A stretch of DNA of 64,000 nt from an uncultured Actinomycetota bacterium. GTDB taxonomy: Bacteria; Actinomycetota; Actinomycetes; JAHEKZ01. This document shows, piece by piece, positions 1-8,812 of the stretch. The stretch is from assembly GCA_963743915.1 (NCBI GenBank), contig CAVURN010000002.1, forward strand, positions 672,001-736,000, given 5' to 3'. Every line of letters starts with the position of its first letter. The first letter of the stretch is position 1. The notes beneath the pieces are model-generated. The model was given only the letters and a program-made list of their open reading frames with translations, was not told where the DNA came from and did not search any database. Both the position numbers and the translations under genes were made by a program.

Positions 1-5
1 CCAGG

Positions 6-1274
6 GTGCACCTACGTTCCCGACTTACCGTTGCGGCCTCGATTCCTGTCCTGATCGGGGCAAGCCTCGTCGTCGCACCCGCTACTGCAGCGCCGCCCAC
101 GCCCCCGCCCAATACCACGGTCGTTACCTGGGACGCCGTCGCCCAGCAGGCGATATCCGCCGTGCCACTGTCTGCACCTGATGGCCATGTGCTCTTCGCG
201 TACGTCGGCATCGCGATGTACGACGCGGCCATGGCGGTCAACCCCACTCACAAGTCCTTCACCACTGACGTTCAGGCCGCCCCCGGAGCGTCCGCTGAAG
301 CAGCCGTGGCCACCGCGGCCCATGACGTCCTCGTCCACTTCCTGCCGGCCCAGGCTGCAACGATCATCGACCCGGCATACGCCAATTCACTTGCCGCCAT
401 TCCGGATGGACCGGCCGAGACCGCAGGAATAGAGGCGGGGGCGGAGGTCACCGAACAGTTGCTGGAGGAACGTGGCGGCGACGGGTTCCTCGCGCCAACG
501 ACACCACCGCCGATCGGCACCGCTCCTGGTGAGTGGATCCCCACCGCGACGACGCCTCCGCTGGGCCTGTCGTTGGTAAACATGCGCCCGTTCACCCTCA
601 AGTCGAATGACCAGTTCCGTCCGGCCGGCCCACCCTCGCTCGACAGCGACCGATGGGCTCGGGACTTCAACGAGACCAAGACCATGGGAGTCGCAAGTGG
701 CGGTCCGCGGGACGAGTATCAGACGCTGGTAGCCCGCTTCTGGGGAGAGCCACCGGTGCCGCAGGCGCATGCGGCACTCCGGCTGTTCGTCCAGCAGCAC
801 GACCTCGACCTTTTCGAGGCAGCCCGCTTCATGGCCATGGCCGACGTGACGGTGGGTGACGCGTTCATCGCCTGCTTCGACGCCAAGTACCACTTCCGGT
901 TCTGGCGCCCGATAACCGCGATTCGTGCCGGTGACAGCGATGGCAACGCTGACACCGCTGGTGATCCGGCGTGGACTCCCCTGCTCGGGACGCCGAACCA
1001 TCCTGAGTACCCGAGCGCCCACTCGTGCATCACGCCTTCGATAGGGCTGGTTGTGGCACGGTTCCTCGGAACGCAGCAGATCGATTTCACCATTCCGAGC
1101 GTCACCGGACTCGGCAGCCGGACGTTTGCTACGCCACGTGCGCTGACCGCGGACGTAGGCAACGGTCGCGTCTGGGCAGGAATCCACTTCCGCAGCGCCA
1201 CCGACGACGGAGCGGTCATCGCCAAGCGGAGTGCCAACTGGGTGCTCGCGCACAACTTCCAGCCGCTCGACTAG
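6..1274 (+). CDS. Secreted vanadium-dependent haloperoxidase / PAP2-superfamily protein
   Basis: N-terminal signal peptide (…APATA-A); vanadate-binding motifs KYHFRFWRP, HPEYPSAH and RVWAGIHF. Confidence 0.85.
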   Translation: MHLRSRLTVAASIPVLIGASLVVAPATAAPPTPPPNTTVVTWDAVAQQAISAVPLSAPDGHVLFAYVGIAMYDAAMAVNPTHKSFTTDVQAAPGASAEAAVATAAHDVLVHFLPAQAATIIDPAYANSLAAIPDGPAETAGIEAGAEVTEQLLEERGGDGFLAPTTPPPIGTAPGEWIPTATTPPLGLSLVNMRPFTLKSNDQFRPAGPPSLDSDRWARDFNETKTMGVASGGPRDEYQTLVARFWGEPPVPQAHAALRLFVQQHDLDLFEAARFMAMADVTVGDAFIACFDAKYHFRFWRPITAIRAGDSDGNADTAGDPAWTPLLGTPNHPEYPSAHSCITPSIGLVVARFLGTQQIDFTIPSVTGLGSRTFATPRALTADVGNGRVWAGIHFRSATDDGAVIAKRSANWVLAHNFQPLD

Positions 1275-1283
1275 TCAGGGCAG

Positions 1284-1319
1284 CGTCCCGGGTCCTCGAG
1301 CAGTCGAGGACCCGGGACG
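1284..1319. terminator. Bidirectional hairpin terminator between convergent genes
   Basis: Perfect 16-bp inverted repeat CGTCCCGGGTCCTCGA-gcag-TCGAGGACCCGGGACG. Confidence 0.75.
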
Positions 1320-1327
1320 TTCGCGAA

Positions 1328-1954
1328 TCACGGGACAGCGACGCGGCACACGACTCCGACACAGGGAGACGTCTCCTCGCCCGCGGGCATCGACTCGTAC
1401 GGGGGCGTGACCTCGACCGGCACGACGACGCCCTCGTGCTCACCTGTGCGCAGGAATTCCTCGACCCCCGACTCCCACACCGTGACCTTGACCGACAGCA
1501 CAATCAGACCACCTGGCCGGACCACCCGGAACAGCTCCGGAAGTCCCTCTACCCCGACATGTCCAGCAGTGAAGACCCCTGTACTCACAGCTGCCGCATA
1601 GCGAGCACTCTCGAAGGGGAGCGGTTCACCGAGGAAACCGTGGTGCAGCTCGCGGTACGCGCGTTTTCGGCTGGCCACCGCCAGCATCCCCTCGGATGCA
1701 TCGAGGGCATCGACCTCGGGATAGCCCACCGTGCCGAGGAGCTCACCCACGAGCCCGGTGCCCGCGCCCGCGTCCAGGATCGGCGCCGACCCCGCGGGCA
1801 GGTGCCGGCACAGCAGGGCCAAGGCGATAGCCGGGTGGCGATACCCGACTTCCGCCATGTCGGAGTCATAGGACGCTGCCCACGCGTCGTACGCGTCCGA
1901 CAGCTCGTCCCTGCTGCTGGCCCCGTAGACCGCCTCCAAGCGCGACTGCGTCAT
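1328..1954 (-). CDS. Class I SAM-dependent methyltransferase
   Basis: Motif I ILDAGAGTG, DASEGML; ATG at 1954 preceded by a GGAGG RBS. Confidence 0.85.
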   Translation of the reverse strand: MTQSRLEAVYGASSRDELSDAYDAWAASYDSDMAEVGYRHPAIALALLCRHLPAGSAPILDAGAGTGLVGELLGTVGYPEVDALDASEGMLAVASRKRAYRELHHGFLGEPLPFESARYAAAVSTGVFTAGHVGVEGLPELFRVVRPGGLIVLSVKVTVWESGVEEFLRTGEHEGVVVPVEVTPPYESMPAGEETSPCVGVVCRVAVP

Positions 1955-2065
1955 CTCGCCTCCTGTGAGATGTGCCCCACCCTCTCGCACGAGGTTCCCA
2001 CCGGGCAATGGTGAGCTCCTACGACGAGGTCTCGACGGACCTCATCAGGGCGACATACTGAGGCG

Positions 2066-2800
2066 ATGACGACATTCTCCGACACGACAGAGTTTGAAGG
2101 CGCGACGTTCATCAAGACCAGCTTCAAGGGCGCCACCATACGGTTCTCCGACGTCGGTGGTCTGACGATGCGCAGCGTCGACGTAGGCGGTCTGGACATC
2201 GACAGCCACGACCTGTTCTTCGGCAGCCTCTACGTCAACGGCGTCGACGTGGTTCCGCTGGTGGACGCCGAGCTCAACCGGCAGTTCCCCGGCCGCGAGC
2301 TGCAGAAGGCCCAGACACCCGAGGGTCTGCGCGAGGGCTGGACAGCCGTGCAGGCCGCGTGGGCCGAGACGGTGCAACAGACACCGCCACACCTGGTCGA
2401 CGCCCACGTCAAGGACGAGTGGTCATTGGCCCAGACCCTGCGACACCTCGTGCTCGCGACCGATGCTTGGCTTCGCGGCGCCATCCTGCGGATGGACGAG
2501 CCCTTCCATGAGATCGGCCAGGTCTTCACCGGCGCCGGGGCGATGGGATTCGACATGAGCATCTTCCGCGTCGACGCACCGTCCTATGACGAGGTTCTGG
2601 CCGTCCGCGCGGAACGTCAGCGAATGGTGACGGACTTTCTGCAGACCGTCACCCCGGATGTACTGGCCGAGGAACGCGACGACCCGTGGGCGGGTGACTG
2701 GCAGCCCACCGTTGGCGACTGTGTTCGGGTGATCTTGGAGGAGGAGTGGGCCCACCTACGCTATGTCCGCCGAGACCTGACCCTGCTCAGCGACACGTGA
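2066..2800 (+). CDS. DinB family protein with N-terminal pentapeptide-like repeats
   Basis: WSLAQTLRHL and EEWAH DinB motifs; FEGAT/FKGAT repeats. Confidence 0.8.
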   Translation: MTTFSDTTEFEGATFIKTSFKGATIRFSDVGGLTMRSVDVGGLDIDSHDLFFGSLYVNGVDVVPLVDAELNRQFPGRELQKAQTPEGLREGWTAVQAAWAETVQQTPPHLVDAHVKDEWSLAQTLRHLVLATDAWLRGAILRMDEPFHEIGQVFTGAGAMGFDMSIFRVDAPSYDEVLAVRAERQRMVTDFLQTVTPDVLAEERDDPWAGDWQPTVGDCVRVILEEEWAHLRYVRRDLTLLSDT

Positions 2801-2891
2801 CGAGCCATCCCCGATCGTCGCCCAATGGCGAAGCCACGTCACCGGACAGCCGGAACCAAACGTCACGCATCAGCCGGGAAATACGCCGCAG

Positions 2892-2966
2892 TGGGGCGGG
2901 TGGGACTCGAACCCACGACCTGACGGATTATGAGTCCGCTGCTCTAACCAGCTGAGCTACCGCCCC
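2892..2966 (-). tRNA. tRNA with CAU anticodon, probably tRNA-Ile2 (lysidine); not the initiator
   Basis: GGGGCGG acceptor stem, anticodon arm GCGGA-CTCATAA-TCCGT, T loop TTCGAGT; a paired G1-C72 excludes fMet. Confidence 0.9.
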
Positions 2967-3037
2967 GGCACATCTTTGGGGAACTTCCTCCGCCCCGTGA
3001 CCCGTGAAAGTTACCCCAAAGGTGTTGGATCAGAGGT

Positions 3038-3730
3038 ATGCGCCTCACCCCGACCGAGCGAGACCGACTCCTCGTCTTCACCGCTGCCGAGCTCGCCCGC
3101 AGTCGCCGTGGTCGCGGCCTCCAGCTCAATGCGCCAGAGGCCACGGCACTCATCGCGGCCACGGTCATCGAAGCGGCTCGCGACGGACAGCGTCTGCGGG
3201 ACGCCGTTGATGCCGGCTGCAATGTGCTCCAGCCGGACGACGTCCTGCCCGGTGTGGCGGCGCTGGTGCCCGAGGTCTGGGTGGAGGCGGTCTTCGACGA
3301 CGGGACGCGCCTGGTCGTCGTTCCTCAGCCCCTCGGTCCGCCCCATGGGGAGGCAGCGCCGGGTTCTCTCGAACCCGCCCAGGACGAGGTCCCCGCGGCC
3401 ACTGCGCCGACCGCGACGCTCGAGGTGCACAACACCTCTGACGTCCCGATCAGCGTCACCTCACACTTCCACTTCTTCGAGGTCAACCCGCGGCTGCGCT
3501 TCGACCGGGCTGCGGCGTACGGCCGGCGTCTGGCAGTGCCGGCCGGCGAGGCCATCAGGTTCGACCCCCACACCACCACCGCTGTTCCCCTGGCGCCGAT
3601 CGGGGGTGAGCGGGTCGTCGTCGGAGCCGCTGGACTGGTCGACGGCCCTCTGGATGCCCCGGGAGCCAAGGAGGCCGCACTCGAGAAGGCACGCGCCACC
3701 GGCTACCTCGACGCCGGGACCGAGTCGTGA
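3038..3730 (+). CDS. ureAB: Fused urease gamma/beta-like subunit
   Basis: MRLTPTERDRL start, VEAVFDDGTRLV (gamma) and SHFHFFEVNPRL…RRLAVPAG (beta). Confidence 0.9.
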   Translation: MRLTPTERDRLLVFTAAELARSRRGRGLQLNAPEATALIAATVIEAARDGQRLRDAVDAGCNVLQPDDVLPGVAALVPEVWVEAVFDDGTRLVVVPQPLGPPHGEAAPGSLEPAQDEVPAATAPTATLEVHNTSDVPISVTSHFHFFEVNPRLRFDRAAAYGRRLAVPAGEAIRFDPHTTTAVPLAPIGGERVVVGAAGLVDGPLDAPGAKEAALEKARATGYLDAGTES

Positions 3731-5404
3731 GGAGCGACGACTACGCCGCGATCTACGGCGCGACGACCGGTGACCGCATCCACCTCGGCGACACCGGACT
3801 GATCATCGAGATCGAATCCGACTCGCAGCTGCACGGCGACGAGTTCCTCATGGGATTTGGCAAGACGGCCCGCGACGGGCTGCACCTTCAGGCGCTGGCC
3901 GCGACGGAGTCCTGCGACGTGGTCGTGTCGAACGTCCTCATCGTGGACGCCGTGCTGGGCGTCCGTAAAGCCTCGATCGGGATCCGCGAGGGGCGCATCA
4001 GTTCCATCGGTCGGGCCGGCAATCCCCACACTCTGGACGGTGTGGACGTCGTCGTCGGCAACGGCACGTCGATCGTGAGCGGAGAAGGTCTGATCGCCAC
4101 AGCGGGGGCGATCGACACCCACGTCCATCTGATGTCGCCCCGCATCATGGAGGCGGCGCTGTCCTCCGGGGTGACCACCATCATCGGTCAGGAGTTCGGC
4201 CCGGTCTGGGGAGTCGGCGTCAACTCACCGTGGGCACTGCGTCACGCGTTTCGAGCCTTCGACGACTGGCCGGTCAACATCGGCTTCCTGGGGCGCGGTT
4301 CGTCGTCGGGAGACTCCCCCCTTCGTGAGGCTCTCGAGCGCGGAGGCGTCTGCGGGTTCAAGGTGCACGAAGACACCGGCGCTCATGCCCGCGCCCTCGA
4401 CACCGCCCTCCGGATAGCCGACGAGTACGACGTCCAGGTGGCCTTGCACACCGACGGCCTCAACGAGAGCCTCTCCGTGACCGACACGCTCGCTGTCCTT
4501 GACGGGCGTACCATCCACGCCTTCCACGTCGAGGGCTGCGGTGGGGGCCATGTTCCAGACGTGCTGCAGCTCGCGGGCGTCCCCAATGTCATCGGCTCGT
4601 CGACCAACCCCACGCTCCCCTACGGACGCGACGCGGTGCACGAGCACCTGGACATGATCATCGCCAGTCATGGGTTGAAGCCCGACCTGCCAGGGGACGT
4701 GCAGATGGCGGCCGACCGCATCCGCGGGGCCACGATGGCGGGTGAGAACGTGCTGCACGACCTCGGGGCGATCCCCATCACCTCCTCGGACGCGCAGGGT
4801 ATGGGACGGGCCGGGTGAGACTTTTGCGCGCACGTTTGCACTCGCCGCGCAGAACAAGCGCGCCCTCGGTCCGATGGCCGGCCACGAGGACGACGGCCAC
4901 GACAACGCGCGGGTCCTGCGGTACCTCGCCAAGCTCACCATCAACCCGGCGATCGCACACGGCTTCAGCCACGAGCTCGGATCGCTCGAGGTCGGAAAGC
5001 TCGCCGACATCGTGCTGTGGGACCCCGCCTGGTTCGGAGCCAAGCCGTCACTGGTGCTGAAAGCCGGGTACCCGGCGTGGGGCGTCACTGGTGACCCCAA
5101 TGCCTCCGTCGATCGAGCCGATCCTCTGGTCTTCGGCCCGCAGTTCGGCGGCCACGGGGCCACGCCTGCCGACCTCTCCGTCGCACTCGTCAGCGAAGCC
5201 TGCGACGTGGCCGGCCTGGGGACCCGCCGCCGGGCAGTTCCCGTCCGAGGATGTCGCCAGGTCGGCCTGGGCGCGATGGTGCGGAACGCCACGACGGGGA
5301 CAACGCGCGTCGATCCCGACGGTGCGCGGGTGACCTTCGACGACCGAGCGCTCACAGCCGATCCGGTCGACTCGGTGAGTCTCAGTCGGCTCTACTTCCT
5401 CTGA
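3727..5404 (+). CDS. ureC: Divergent urease alpha-like subunit (one-base frameshift near 4815, probably a sequence error)
   Basis: DTHVH, FKVHED, HTD, HAFH and SSDAQGMGR metal/catalytic motifs; continues in the 4742..5404 frame with [11 protein letters not shown] and SRLYFL. Confidence 0.85.
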
Positions 5405-5709
5405 CCCGTGAGGGTGTCACTCACAGGCTCGTGTCGTTCGGTGAGGTCGGGGCCCTCGAGGGAAGTGTCGGCGGGTGCCTGCACCTCGTAGCTCGGCATG
5501 GCACCCATCCCCGCCATCGACAGGAGCTTCCCGGCGAAGACACCGAGCGCTGCGACGCCCAAGCCGAGCCAGAAGACCACCGGCTCGGCGGCGACGACCG
5601 CGACCCCTGAGGTCAGGAACCCCACGAGCACGATCGTCACGGTCGTCCAGGCCGCGACGGTGTGTCCGTGGGCGGGACCGCTGTCGTGCCGGGTGGCGTG
5701 ATGGCTCAT
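5392..5709 (-). CDS. HGxxPAAW-like small membrane protein
   Basis: HGHTVAAWT motif followed by two TM helices; ATG at 5709 with purine-rich RBS. Confidence 0.75.
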   Translation of the reverse strand: MSHHATRHDSGPAHGHTVAAWTTVTIVLVGFLTSGVAVVAAEPVVFWLGLGVAALGVFAGKLLSMAGMGAMPSYEVQAPADTSLEGPDLTERHEPVSDTLTGQRK

Positions 5710-5760
5710 CTCTCTCTCCCAAGGTCGACTGTGGGGCTGCACTGGTCCGATGCCGGTGAC

Positions 5761-5786
5761 ATTCCCCACGGTCCCTCGACCGAAAC
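5761..5786 (-). promoter_or_regulatory. SigB/SigF-type promoter
   Basis: GTTT-N16-GGGAAT on the minus strand, ahead of the HGxxPAAW gene. Confidence 0.5.
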
Positions 5787-5796
5787 CCCGGTGCAT

Positions 5797-5821
5797 GATT
5801 GACGGCAGGGCGAACGGGTAT
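5797..5821 (+). promoter_or_regulatory. SigB/SigF-type promoter
   Basis: GATT-N15-GGGTAT ahead of the ORF at 5858. Confidence 0.5.
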
Positions 5822-5857
5822 GTGTCGGAGAACACCTGATCCTCTGAGGAGGCCCCC

Positions 5858-6109
5858 ATGCAGTACCCATCGGCCACCACGCACGTCGAGATCGAGGCGA
5901 TCGTGGACGGCGTCCGACGTCGTCACGGACGGTGCCGGCCTGCTCACCCTCGCGGAGATCTGCCAGCGAGAGCTCGCACTCCACTCCTCGTGCGCGGCCG
6001 ACCCCCGAGACTGGTCGACAGCGACCGTCCCTGGTGGGCTCCTGACGGCCAGCGAGCGGAGCGGGCAGACGTTTCTCCGCGCGGCCTCCGGGTATTCAGC
6101 CCTCCATGA
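5858..6109 (+). CDS. Small hypothetical protein, probably frameshifted near 5930
   Basis: GAGGAGG RBS and ATG; the helical-looking sequence continues in another frame (AGLLTLAEICQRELAL); true end uncertain. Confidence 0.35.
   Translation: MQYPSATTHVEIEAIVDGVRRRHGRCRPAHPRGDLPARARTPLLVRGRPPRLVDSDRPWWAPDGQRAERADVSPRGLRVFSPP
6071..6095 (+). promoter_or_regulatory. SigB/SigF-type promoter
   Basis: GTTT-N15-GGGTAT ending 10 nt before the ATG at 6106. Confidence 0.65.
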
Positions 6110-6348
6110 CCACCACAGCGCATCGTCTCGTCCGATTCGACGGCGTCAGCTGGGTCGTCGTGGCACCAGGTGCCGAGCGCGTCTCGTTCCGCAGCGATGA
6201 CCGGGGGGAGGCCGTCGCGCGTGCCCGACGCATCGTCCGCAACCTCGGGGGCGGGCAGGTCGAGATATGCGGCGAACACGGAACCGTCGAGCGGGTGGTC
6301 ACGGTGACGCGCTCCCTGGCGCAAGAGCCGGACCTTCGGCCGCGATGA
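6106..6348 (+). CDS. DUF2188-like small protein
   Basis: WVVVAPGAERVS…EAVARARRIVRNLGGGQVEI pattern. Confidence 0.65.
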   Translation: MTTTAHRLVRFDGVSWVVVAPGAERVSFRSDDRGEAVARARRIVRNLGGGQVEICGEHGTVERVVTVTRSLAQEPDLRPR

Positions 6349-6382
6349 GCGGCCCCATCCCTACGTACCTTGAGGAGACGTC

Positions 6383-6910
6383 ATGACCGTTGCTGACCTC
6401 ATCCGGACCGACCACCGCGAGATGGAGCGGCTCTTCTCCGAGCTCGAGAGCCCGGAGAAGCGGCCCCTCGTGGCTCCGACCATCGTCGCGCTGCTCGCCG
6501 CGCACAGCCGGGCCGAGGAGTCTGAGGTCTATCCGGCAGTGCGGGAGCAGACGGACGCGTCCGATGAGGTGGCCCACTCCCAGAAGGAGCACGTCGAGGC
6601 AGACCGGCTCGCCGCGCGCCTCGTCGACACCGACCTCGACAGCGACACCTTCGACCGACTCTTGAAGGAGCTGGTGGACGCCGTCTCCCACCACATCGAG
6701 GAGGAGGAGTCGGACGTGCTGCCCGCTCTCGACAAGCTGCCGGAGCAGGTCCAGGCGACCCTGGGGTCAGCTTTCCTGCGGGTACGCGCGGAGCACCTCA
6801 TGGCCGGAACGACGTCGATGACTCGCAGCGAGCTCGAGACCCAGGCGCGCAACGAAGGCATCGACGGCACCTCCTCCATGAGCAAGAACGAGCTGGCCGA
6901 CAAGGTCTGA
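6383..6910 (+). CDS. Hemerythrin (HHE) domain protein with C-terminal Rho-N/HeH-like tail
   Basis: DH, HSRAEE, EH and HHIEEEE motifs; tail MTRSELETQARNEGIDGTSSMSKNEL. Confidence 0.85.
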   Translation: MTVADLIRTDHREMERLFSELESPEKRPLVAPTIVALLAAHSRAEESEVYPAVREQTDASDEVAHSQKEHVEADRLAARLVDTDLDSDTFDRLLKELVDAVSHHIEEEESDVLPALDKLPEQVQATLGSAFLRVRAEHLMAGTTSMTRSELETQARNEGIDGTSSMSKNELADKV

Positions 6911-6921
6911 GCCTGACGGTC

Positions 6922-6945
6922 GTTTCACCCGACGACCACCGGGTA
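6922..6945 (+). promoter_or_regulatory. SigB/SigF-type promoter
   Basis: GTTT-N15-GGGTA ahead of the SRPBCC gene. Confidence 0.65.
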
Positions 6946-6975
6946 GTCGCGACGTACCATCGAAGGGAGAAACAG

Positions 6976-7422
6976 ATGACCACCATCGAGCAGGCCGTCG
7001 ACGTCCGTGCCCCGTTGCAGCGGGTCTACAACCAATGGACGCAGTTCGAGGACTTCCCCCAGTTCATGGAGGGTGTCGAGAGCGTTCAACAGCTCGACGA
7101 CAGCCACCTGCACTGGCGCACCAGCATCGCCGGCGTCACGCGTGAGTTCGACGCCCGCGTCGTCGAGCAGGAGCCCGACCAGATCATCGCCTGGCAGAGC
7201 CTCGACCAGCCGCACCAGGCCGGCCGGGTCACCTTCCAGCCGCTCGACACCGCCACGACGCGGGTCGGGCTCCGGATGGACTTCGAGCCTGAGGGACTTG
7301 CGGAAAAGACAGGCGACAAGCTCGGCATCGTCGAGGCGCGCGTGCGAGGTGACCTCGAGCGGTTCAAGCACTTCATCGAGGAGCGAGGCACCGAGACCGG
7401 TGCCTGGCGAGGCACCGTCTGA
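6976..7422 (+). CDS. SRPBCC / cyclase-dehydrase family protein
   Basis: VYNQWTQFEDFPQFMEGV and ETGAWRG signatures. Confidence 0.9.
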   Translation: MTTIEQAVDVRAPLQRVYNQWTQFEDFPQFMEGVESVQQLDDSHLHWRTSIAGVTREFDARVVEQEPDQIIAWQSLDQPHQAGRVTFQPLDTATTRVGLRMDFEPEGLAEKTGDKLGIVEARVRGDLERFKHFIEERGTETGAWRGTV

Positions 7423-7431
7423 GCTGCGGCT

Positions 7432-7472
7432 GATGGGCCGGTCCGGGGCGTTCGCTCCTGGACCGGCCCATC
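7432..7472. terminator. Hairpin terminator between convergent genes
   Basis: Inverted repeat GATGGGCCGGTCC…GGACCGGCCCATC. Confidence 0.7.
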
Positions 7473-7473
7473 G

Positions 7474-7944
7474 TCATGCCGGACCCTCGCTGCGCAGTCG
7501 AGAGGGCCAGACGAACCAAAGGCCGATGAAGAGCACCATCGCTCCCGCCCCTGCGACGAACGAGAAGGGCCGCCCGATGCTCACGTCCAGGGCGAGGAAC
7601 ACCGCACCTGTCATCGATGCGGCCAGGAAGAGGAGACCGGTCGACGCCATGAGATGGGCGGACCTGATGACCTCCTCCTTCATGTGGTGCCCGAACAGCA
7701 TGCGGTGCAGGGCAACAGGAGCGATCATCAGGGCTGCAGCGACCAGCGCGGACAGCAGCGAGAACGCGTACACGCTCTTCAGCGTGGTGGACAGCCCGGC
7801 AAAGCCGCCCTGGAACGGCAGCACGAGCAGGAAGGCGAAGAGGATCTGAACTCCGGCCTGCGCCACTCGAAGCTCTTGCAGGAGCTCGCTCAGCTGACGG
7901 TCGGCACGCTCGTCCGGGGTCTCGGACGGGCGTGAGGAGCTCAC
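7474..7944 (-). CDS. DUF6328-like membrane protein
   Basis: ELLQELRVAQAGVQILFAFLL signature; four TM segments. Confidence 0.8.
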   Translation of the reverse strand: MSSSRPSETPDERADRQLSELLQELRVAQAGVQILFAFLLVLPFQGGFAGLSTTLKSVYAFSLLSALVAAALMIAPVALHRMLFGHHMKEEVIRSAHLMASTGLLFLAASMTGAVFLALDVSIGRPFSFVAGAGAMVLFIGLWFVWPSRLRSEGPA

Positions 7945-7945
7945 C

Positions 7946-8812
7946 TCAGCCGGTGCCGGTCATCGTCGCCGCGATGTCCGAGCTCGAGTCACCACCGCGT
8001 CGCAGGACCAGACCGACGAGCCCGATGGCGATGATGGTCAGCAAGAACATGAGTGCCGAGATCGAGGCGATCTCCGGACGCAGTGACGCCTTGACGGAGG
8101 AGAAGACGTAGACCGGCCAGGGTGTGCTTCCCTGCACGAAGACGAACGACGAGATGACCGTGTTGTCCAGGCTGAGAGTGAAGGCGAGCAATCCACCGGC
8201 CAGCACCGCAGGGAGCATCAGCGGGAAGGTGATCTGGCTGAACCGCTTGAAGGGGGTCGCATAGAGGTCGCCGGCTGCCTCCTCGAGGGACTCGTCGATG
8301 CCGGAGAGCCGAGCGCGGACGATCAGTGTGACGACGGCGGTGCTGAAGACCGAGTGACTGACGATCAGGCGCACGTAGCCGCTGTTGAAGGCGAGGATGT
8401 TGAAGTCCTGGCCCAGCAGCACGTACCACGGCAGCAGGGCGATCGCGTCCACGATCTCCGGGGTCACGAGGACCAGCGCCACCAGGATGAGGAACCCGGC
8501 CGTCCACTTGCCAGGCCTCCTGGCCAGCGCGACACCCGCCAGGGATCCGAGGAAGGTCGCGATCAACGCGGAGAGGACGGCCACGATCAGGGAGACCCGC
8601 ACGGCTGCTCGAGGTGCGGGGTTCTCGAAGAACGCCCGGTAGCCGTCGAGACCGAAACCATTCCAGTCGGTGAGGATGCGTCCGGTGTTGAACGAGTAGA
8701 CCAGGATCCAGACGATCGGCAGGAAGAGGAAGATGAAGACCACGACGCCCCAGACCGTGAGCCCGACCTTGGGCCAGTCGAAGCGGGTCTTGGTGACCGT
8801 CGCGCCGCTCAT
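7946..8812 (-). CDS. Polyamine-type ABC permease (PotC-like)
   Basis: ATG at 8812; EEAAGDLYA EAA loop; FTLSLDN. Confidence 0.85.
   Translation of the reverse strand: MSGATVTKTRFDWPKVGLTVWGVVVFIFLFLPIVWILVYSFNTGRILTDWNGFGLDGYRAFFENPAPRAAVRVSLIVAVLSALIATFLGSLAGVALARRPGKWTAGFLILVALVLVTPEIVDAIALLPWYVLLGQDFNILAFNSGYVRLIVSHSVFSTAVVTLIVRARLSGIDESLEEAAGDLYATPFKRFSQITFPLMLPAVLAGGLLAFTLSLDNTVISSFVFVQGSTPWPVYVFSSVKASLRPEIASISALMFLLTIIAIGLVGLVLRRGGDSSSDIAATMTGTG

Noticed and set aside
2892-2966. Initiator tRNA-fMet
   Set aside because: Positions 1-72 are paired and the anticodon stem lacks three consecutive G-C pairs.
4800-4830. Programmed frameshift in ureC
   Set aside because: No slippery heptamer or stimulatory structure at the shift; an extra G in a homopolymer and similar indels elsewhere favour error.
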